From positions 20,139 through 84,138 of the IMG/VR virus record IMGVR_UViG_3300036770_003386: a stretch of DNA of 64,000 bases. One strand, given 5' to 3'. This DNA is from a virus. Below, in pieces: positions 58,846 through 64,000 of this stretch (position 1 is the stretch's first letter; the number at the start of each line of letters is the position of its first letter). Made by a program: the position numbers and the translations under genes. The notes under the pieces are model-generated. The model ran no database searches and was not told the DNA's origin. It saw only the letters and a list, made by a program, of their open reading frames with translations.

Positions 58846-59256
58846 TTATCTCGTTGCCTCTAGGATGAAAGTAAACTCTTGTGTTGGAAAGTCCTGTCCA
58901 ATAATATCGAAGATTACAGTAACTTCTAAAGCATTATTATCAAGTTCTGGATCTACTGTAACCCGAACATTTTCAACTCTTGGTTCATATGAATTAATCG
59001 CTATGAGAATTTGGTCTTCAATAATAGATACCGTTGCATAATCAACGATTCCAAATAGACTTGATCTTACATCTGAACCAAAATCTGGATTAAAAAATCT
59101 TTCTGTAGGTATTGTTTCTACAATATTACGAACAGATCTTATAATCGCCCTTTCATTTTTTAGAATTGGCAAATCTTTAGTTACTGGATGTGGTTCAAAA
59201 GACAAACTAATGTCCTTAAATGATCTAGATATCCTTGTAATTGGATTAATTGCCAT
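58846..59256 (-). CDS. gp25: baseplate wedge subunit (T4 gp25)
   Basis: FKDISLSF, AIIRSVRNIV, ERFFNPDFGS, NSYEPRV. Confidence 0.92.
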   Translation of the reverse strand: MAINPITRISRSFKDISLSFEPHPVTKDLPILKNERAIIRSVRNIVETIPTERFFNPDFGSDVRSSLFGIVDYATVSIIEDQILIAINSYEPRVENVRVTVDPELDNNALEVTVIFDIIGQDFPTQEFTFILEATR

Positions 59257-59279
59257 TTGAACAGGACTTTTTCTTCAGT

Positions 59280-59287
59280 TATTTATG
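59280..59287 (-). promoter_or_regulatory. late promoter variant CATAAATA
   Basis: Upstream of gp25. Confidence 0.55.
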
Positions 59288-59288
59288 G

Positions 59289-59540
59289 TTATTTCCAAGA
59301 AATACCATAATTTGGTTCTGTACCATATTCCCAATCATCATAGTCATTCGAATTTCTAATTTTTTGGTGCAATTCAGACTGTTCTTTTAAATGATGTTGA
59401 TTTTTTGGGATATCATCATGCATAATTTCTTGTATCACCTTAGGTTTTTTACTTAAACTCCCATAATCAGATGTCAATGATGTGGTTCCCCACATTTGAT
59501 ACATGTAATTTTTGTCTCTATCAACGGGCAAATTGGACAT
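59289..59540 (-). CDS. hypothetical protein
   Basis: 83 aa, AGGAG SD. Confidence 0.65.
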   Translation of the reverse strand: MSNLPVDRDKNYMYQMWGTTSLTSDYGSLSKKPKVIQEIMHDDIPKNQHHLKEQSELHQKIRNSNDYDDWEYGTEPNYGISWK

Positions 59541-59579
59541 TTTAGCTCCTGTTTTAGTGAATAAAACAGAACTTTTATA

Positions 59580-59599
59580 AAGGAGGTTGCTATCTCCTT
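59580..59599. terminator. possible bidirectional terminator after speD
   Basis: AAGGAG/CTCCTT stem with T-rich flanks on both strands. Confidence 0.4.
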
Positions 59600-59607
59600 A
59601 TTTTTAT

Positions 59608-59964
59608 TTAACGATTTAGTTCTCTGATGTTATAATTGTCAGAATTTAAGTATTTTAACAGTTCAAGAGCAATTAATCGAGGATTTCCATCCCCACAAGT
59701 ATAAACATCAATTGCAAGACATCCATTTTCTGGCCATGTATGGCAAGAAACATGACTTTCTGCAAGCGCAATGACGATTGTACAACCTTGTGGAACAAAA
59801 CAGTGGGAAAACGTGTTTAAAATAGTCATTTTTGCACGTTCTATTCCACTAATCATAACATTTTGAAGAGAAATACTGTCATTGATAAGTGAAAAATCTA
59901 CATCATAGACTTCTAAAAGCAGATGTCTGCCCATTGAATGTTGTTCCAATTCAGTATTGTGCAA
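59608..59964 (-). CDS. speD: S-adenosylmethionine decarboxylase proenzyme family (pyruvoyl)
   Basis: GRHLL, HCFVPQG, LAESHVSCHTWPE (E-S self-cleavage site), DVYTCG. Confidence 0.85.
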   Translation of the reverse strand: MHNTELEQHSMGRHLLLEVYDVDFSLINDSISLQNVMISGIERAKMTILNTFSHCFVPQGCTIVIALAESHVSCHTWPENGCLAIDVYTCGDGNPRLIALELLKYLNSDNYNIRELNR

Positions 59965-59969
59965 AAAAA

Positions 59970-60608
59970 TTATTTATTTTGATCTAAATTATTAATTTCA
60001 TATATGTAATGATCAGAGGTCTCTAATTTTCTTTTGTTTTCTACAGAATATATTGTTAGATCAATTTCATATCCTGGATTTTTATCAATTCTGTTAAATG
60101 TCCAGGCATTGTCATACCAAATAATGCGATTATTTGGATATGCATAATAATTTCCAGTTTCAACTTTGAATAAATGGGCACATTTGTGCTCTGGTGTTTC
60201 AGAAAAGTTTAAATCTGGTATACCTTTATTCTCCCATGACCAATCTAAGGTGAACATATAAGTTCCTAGAACTTTTTTTCCATCTGGGCGAATTAATTCT
60301 GCTTGTAATCCAGAAAGACGCGATCTTTTTTGTACATCAATATAGGGTGAAAAACAGTCCCAATACATAATGTCTTCAAGTGGTTCAATCACAGCATTAG
60401 GTTTCCAACAAAAAGCGTGAAGTGGCCTACGAGTCCAATTCACGCCGTTCTCAAGAAACGCCTCAAACAGAGGCACTCTTTTTTCAATACTTGCAACAGA
60501 ATGTATATCACATTTAGTTACTTCACCATGACCTTTTTTATGATTGAATAAGAACTCATTTCTTATGTAACAAGACCAATCTGGAAGGTTATGGTTTAAA
60601 TATGCCAT
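59970..60608 (-). CDS. conserved hypothetical protein
   Basis: Likely start MAYLNHNLP at 60608; the track's longer N-terminus overlaps the 60610..60762 ORF. Confidence 0.7.
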   Translation of the reverse strand: MAYLNHNLPDWSCYIRNEFLFNHKKGHGEVTKCDIHSVASIEKRVPLFEAFLENGVNWTRRPLHAFCWKPNAVIEPLEDIMYWDCFSPYIDVQKRSRLSGLQAELIRPDGKKVLGTYMFTLDWSWENKGIPDLNFSETPEHKCAHLFKVETGNYYAYPNNRIIWYDNAWTFNRIDKNPGYEIDLTIYSVENKRKLETSDHYIYEINNLDQNK

Positions 60609-60609
60609 A

Positions 60610-60762
60610 TTACCCCTTTCCTTGACCTCTATACTTCTTTCGTGCTCCATTACGAGAAGACGCGGCATACTTAGTACCACCACCTTCTCCTTGACGAGAC
60701 TTTTTAGGTGGGCCTGGATTATAACCAGTCTTATTCAAACCACCTTTTGCTTTAACTGCCAT
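60610..60762 (-). CDS. 50-aa basic Gly-rich protein (not in ORF track)
   Basis: MAVKAKGGLNKTGYNPGPPKKSRQGEGGGTKYAASSRNGARKKYRGQGKG; GGAG SD upstream. Confidence 0.6.
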   Translation of the reverse strand: MAVKAKGGLNKTGYNPGPPKKSRQGEGGGTKYAASSRNGARKKYRGQGKG

Positions 60763-60776
60763 AAGACTTAATCTCC

Positions 60777-60938
60777 TTATATAATTTCAGTGTGTATTTC
60801 ATGAGGTGCAGGAGTTCCATTTTCGTAAAACTCCTGCGATAAATCCATCATCACATCCAAATAGTCTTCTTCTGAAAGATCGGAATAAATTTTGCGACCA
60901 TTGCAGTAGATGTTATATTTTTCGTGATTATTTGTCAT
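60777..60938 (-). CDS. 53-aa hypothetical protein
   Basis: Start MTNNHEKYNIY at 60938, 4 nt after upstream stop. Confidence 0.65.
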   Translation of the reverse strand: MTNNHEKYNIYCNGRKIYSDLSEEDYLDVMMDLSQEFYENGTPAPHEIHTEII

Positions 60939-60942
60939 AAAC

Positions 60943-61701
60943 TCAAATAACTCTTGTTTTTTCGTGACCAACGCGAATACGAGGATCGCACCAAATTTCA
61001 AATCCTGCTTCTTTTGCATCCAGACAGAATGACACATCTTCGCCACACATGTCTTGAACTTCTCCAGATTCAAAGACTTGCATCTTAGGAGCGAACCAAG
61101 GGTACTTCATTTCAGGATGTTCAAAGACTCCTCTCTTAATCATCAACCAACCAAATCCAGCATAATCAACTGTAAATGGTTTACGACGCTTACTAATACT
61201 TTCGATAGTCTCATGATTCATGACACCACCATTTGAACGGAAATCTTCTTCTTCCATCCAGTGTGCAACTGATGTGGTGTGTCCATCTTCGGTACAATAC
61301 CAACCACTTGCAATATCTTTGTCCAGAAGAATCAATTGCCAGAACTTTTCGGTATTGAAAACGATGTCAGAGTCAATCCAAAGTTGCCAATCATAATTTA
61401 ATTTACCATCCCAAGGAAGTTGATCTGGTCCACGAAGTACATTTGCTCCCAGACACTTACATCTGGCAAAATTAACCATGGATGAATAGTCTTGTGAGAT
61501 TTGAATACTTGCTCCTGCTTGCACTAAGTCAAAACAAAGTTGTACGAAGTTTTTTAGGTAAGTATAAGAAACTCCTCTTCCAGGTAAGCAAAAGACAACG
61601 GATTTTCCTTTGACCATTTCTTTTGCTAAATTATAATCCCATTCTTGAGTGCTTTGTGAAACAATTGGTGTTTTTGCCTTTACAGTAAATCCTTTAGCCA
61701 T
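60943..61701 (-). CDS. GT-A-fold glycosyltransferase-like protein
   Basis: LWIDSDIVF (DxD), GFGW, GEDVSFC, VGHEK. Confidence 0.65.
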   Translation of the reverse strand: MAKGFTVKAKTPIVSQSTQEWDYNLAKEMVKGKSVVFCLPGRGVSYTYLKNFVQLCFDLVQAGASIQISQDYSSMVNFARCKCLGANVLRGPDQLPWDGKLNYDWQLWIDSDIVFNTEKFWQLILLDKDIASGWYCTEDGHTTSVAHWMEEEDFRSNGGVMNHETIESISKRRKPFTVDYAGFGWLMIKRGVFEHPEMKYPWFAPKMQVFESGEVQDMCGEDVSFCLDAKEAGFEIWCDPRIRVGHEKTRVI

Positions 61702-61725
61702 AATTGAATGATTTTTTACTTCAAT

Positions 61726-61754
61726 ATCATACCAAGTATATAGTGTTTTGTCAA
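61726..61754 (-). promoter_or_regulatory. sigma70-type promoter
   Basis: TTGACA-N17-TATGAT. Confidence 0.75.
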
Positions 61755-61942
61755 TGAGATGAATTCAATACTAATTCCTTTGATCGTAGAACTTCCTCAT
61801 AAGAAAGATCGTTTTTCTTTGAGTCATCTGTGATTGAAAGAAACTCTGATATCATTTTCCATGTTAAATCAAACTCATCTTTTGTTAATGAGTGATAGAT
61901 GCACTTGTCTTTTAAGTATATGTGATAGAGTGTTTCAGTCAT
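61751..61942 (-). CDS. 63-aa hypothetical protein
   Basis: Overlaps upstream AbrB-like gene; similar to 60777..60938. Confidence 0.6.
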   Translation of the reverse strand: MTETLYHIYLKDKCIYHSLTKDEFDLTWKMISEFLSITDDSKKNDLSYEEVLRSKELVLNSSH

Positions 61943-62132
61943 TTTCTTTTTCTGAAAGTATAATTTCGTTGCCGTCGATTGTGAATTCTATTTCTGTATC
62001 CTCATACCATGAGAGATCGTTTATAATCCACTCAGGTATTCTAACATAATATTCACCATTTATTGGATCGACCTCTAGGGGTCTAAAATTTTCCGGAGAT
62101 TTTTTTTTCATGTAGGGGATTTCATTTTTCAA
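61935..62132 (-). CDS. AbrB/MazE-like swapped-hairpin DNA-binding protein
   Basis: YYVRIPEWIINDLSWYEDTEIEFTIDGNEIIL. Confidence 0.6.
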   Translation of the reverse strand: MKNEIPYMKKKSPENFRPLEVDPINGEYYVRIPEWIINDLSWYEDTEIEFTIDGNEIILSEKEND

Positions 62133-62375
62133 TTTTATATAGGAATTCTTTTACTTTGGGGTCAGTACTATACTTCCGGAATTTTTTGTTTTTGAAGTAT
62201 TGTTTGCCTTATATTTACTTTTATAGATTGACAAGGTTCCTTGACTTATTATACGCCCCCCCATGACCCCCCCGCTTACGCCATCGCGGCGCAAAGGCAC
62301 TGCCAAACACGAACGAACGCAGGCGATTAAGGCGGCAGAGTATCAACAACTGCCGCCCCACTAAGTGTAACTAAC

Positions 62376-62702
62376 TCATGAGAAGTAGGTGCCCACGATG
62401 ACAGTTCCATCGTAGCAGTATTTCATAACTACCCCACTGAAATAGGTGTCGGAAGTGTAACCATCCCACCCATAAAGGTGTTCGTGAGGTGCAGCAATGA
62501 CCCGAATAAAGTCACTCACAGAATACCAAACTCCGCGATACTTGAAGAACTCAGTGTCATCAAACTCGTCATCAGTAAGGTAATCAAACTGTTTGCGGAG
62601 TTGACTATACAAACTGCCGGGGTTCAATGCACCGAATCCAGGCAACCATTGCCCCATAGTGCAATCGCGTGGGATGAAATTAGACTTGATTGTGACAGTC
62701 AT
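62376..62702 (-). CDS. hypothetical protein
   Basis: Likely start MTVTIKSN at 62702; FFKYRGVWYSVSDFI, YFSGVVMKY. Confidence 0.6.
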   Translation of the reverse strand: MTVTIKSNFIPRDCTMGQWLPGFGALNPGSLYSQLRKQFDYLTDDEFDDTEFFKYRGVWYSVSDFIRVIAAPHEHLYGWDGYTSDTYFSGVVMKYCYDGTVIVGTYFS

Positions 62703-62766
62703 GATCGGAAAGTGTAGGGTGAAAGGTGGAAAGAAAGGGCGGAAGATTGCCGCCCTTAAGTGTAAC

Positions 62767-63186
62767 TCAGAGACCGAACTTTTCTCTGCAGATAGGACCA
62801 ATCCCCAACTCGATTGAAAGGGAGTTAGTTAACTCTCTGCCGCAACATGAGCAGGAACCTGTATTCTGCCCGTAAAGTTTAGCGGCAGAGTAAGGATCAG
62901 CGGCGACAGATTGCACTCGCTTGATGAGATCAATCTCACCCAAATTTGTGGCGTTCGATGTAATCCAACCCAGGTAAATGTTACTCAGTGTGCCCCACTG
63001 ATTGACCTCTTTATCGTGAGAGAAAACATAACATTTACCAGCATACTTGCTGGGTTTAACTATAAAGTTTGTGAAGCGCATTGTGATCCTTTTCAGACCA
63101 CGATTCTGTGCCTCTTCGATTGCATTTATGATCCCGCTAAAGTTGTATTGAGCGGGCGCATTGTGACGGATGATAGGATGGCGCAT
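62767..63186 (-). CDS. DUF6011-like zinc-finger protein
   Basis: C-terminal CSCCGRELTNSLSIELGIGPIC. Confidence 0.7.
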   Translation of the reverse strand: MRHPIIRHNAPAQYNFSGIINAIEEAQNRGLKRITMRFTNFIVKPSKYAGKCYVFSHDKEVNQWGTLSNIYLGWITSNATNLGEIDLIKRVQSVAADPYSAAKLYGQNTGSCSCCGRELTNSLSIELGIGPICREKFGL

Positions 63187-63249
63187 TGTGCTTACCTTTG
63201 GTGTGGTTTGTGTGAAATAGGGAGGCGATTGTGCCTCCCTCAGTGTAAC

Positions 63250-63495
63250 TTACCAGGCGTCAGATGTGAACACCCGATAATAGTCTAGACCATTAAGTTG
63301 ACAGAAGTGTTCTGCCAACTCCTCAAATACCTCATCCCCGATGTCATCAAACTCATCAGAATCAACAACGAAACTGACAACTTTTGCGCTAGGGATGACA
63401 TAATGAAACCCGCGATCTGAGGGGTGGAAATACTCTACAACCGTTTCGATTTGCGTCGGGTTGGTTGTATGCTGCCCGACAATGAGAGTAGTCAT
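63250..63495 (-). CDS. hypothetical acidic protein
   Basis: 81-aa ORF bounded by 9-mer repeats. Confidence 0.55.
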   Translation of the reverse strand: MTTLIVGQHTTNPTQIETVVEYFHPSDRGFHYVIPSAKVVSFVVDSDEFDDIGDEVFEELAEHFCQLNGLDYYRVFTSDAW

Positions 63496-63532
63496 AGGTC
63501 TTGAAAGTGTGGGGTGAAAGTGTAACTAAATG

Positions 63533-63619
63533 GCGAAACTTGAAACTATTAAATACGGCGACGGGTGATCAGTACACCCGCGCTCCGCCCCGTCGCCGTA
63601 TTCGGTTTTCAAGGTTCGC
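63533..63619. ncRNA. candidate structured RNA / long hairpin element
   Basis: Perfect 14-bp inverted repeat 63552..63565/63589..63602 nested in a 12-of-13 outer stem 63533..63545/63607..63619. Confidence 0.35.
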
Positions 63620-63798
63620 TCCGCTCACTGTAACCGATCGGCAGCGATCCCACAAGCGCCAAACGGTATCACCCGATACCAAACGGCAAACTCATCTCAT
63701 AAGCGATTCTGATTGGTCAGGTCTTGACAGATCGGGCGATGCCGTGGTATCTGCTGCAGCGATTGAATGTTAATTATAATTAAACAACGATTGCAGAA

Positions 63799-63994
63799 TA
63801 TAAAGAATCAAGAACCGATTGCAATTGCACCTGAATTAGAATTAAGAACCGATTAGGATTGCAAACTATAAAGAATAACTGTCCTTTGGGAAGTTCATTG
63901 TGATTAGAATTAACCACACCACTGACTATAAGAATCACAATGAACTTCAGAAAAGAAAGTATAAAGAATTACAAACTCGAAAAGTATAAAGAAT
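63799..63994. repeat. cluster of TATAAAGAAT direct repeats
   Basis: Exact at 63799, 63867, 63960, 63985; variant TATAAGAAT at 63927; AAGAACCGATT occurs twice. Confidence 0.7.
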
Positions 63995-64000
63995 TAAGAT

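Larger units (their letters stand above)
62364..63527. repeat. four exact AGTGTAACT 9-mers at gene boundaries
   Basis: 62364..62372, 62759..62767, 63242..63250, 63519..63527; three adjoin 8-bp GC-rich hairpins. Confidence 0.8.

Noticed and set aside
62364-63527. Integron attC array
   Set aside because: The 9-mer does not match GTTRRRY/RYYYAAC, the hairpins lack attC architecture and no integrase is present; kept only as a cassette-like array
63724-63753. Plus-strand promoter TTGACA...TATCTG
   Set aside because: -10 hexamer lacks the conserved final T at acceptable spacing
1346-63773. All plus-strand ORFs in the track (e.g. 9031..9837, 5706..6284, 50241..50663)
   Set aside because: They lie antisense to well-supported minus-strand genes, have no recognisable motifs and show shadow-frame composition
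63501-63773. 90-aa plus-strand ORF over the hairpin region
   Set aside because: Opposite to the gene direction, no SD, and it coincides with strong inverted repeats; better explained as non-coding
63781-64000. Possible CRISPR/mini-array
   Set aside because: Repeats are only 10-15 nt with irregular spacing and there is no cas gene
1-64000. tRNA genes, diversity-generating retroelement, stop-codon reassignment
   Set aside because: No cloverleaf/T-loop pattern noticed by eye (tRNAscan not run); no reverse transcriptase or TR/VR pair; core genes are full length in the standard code

Overview
64 kb of a T4-like cyanophage (Kyanoviridae-like myovirus) genome; essentially all genes are on the minus strand. 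Read in gene direction (high to low coordinates): a GC-richer, repeat- and hairpin-rich region of small genes (62.2-64 kb); glycosyltransferase-like gene and speD; baseplate gp25, gp6, a 4110-aa gp7-like protein, gp8 and a 2504-aa virion protein; neck/tail gp13-gp15; terminases gp16/gp17; gp18, gp19; head gp20-gp23; gp3, uvsY, uvsW, gp55, gp47, gp46; a free-standing GIY-YIG homing endonuclease; a VWA-metallopeptidase/CobS AAA+ pair; gp45, a DenV-like glycosylase and gp44. T4-type late promoters (TATAAATA and variants) precede many structural genes. Reading the sequence by hand added several ORFs the track missed, including an NblA-like 54-aa gene between structural genes and a DruA/DUF4338-like gene cut by the window edge. 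The most notable items are (i) a dispersed set of late-promoter-driven, probably capsid-packaged proteins with T4-like capsid-targeting N-termini or gp21-type (L/I/M)xE junctions, including a 504-aa apparent polyprotein; (ii) the NblA-like gene; (iii) a cassette-like array of small genes delimited by an exact 9-mer plus hairpin; (iv) three box + stem-loop + -10 elements; (v) a structured non-coding element near 63.5 kb. No tRNA, CRISPR array, intein or intron was recognised. All family assignments come from motif recognition and synteny, not database searches.
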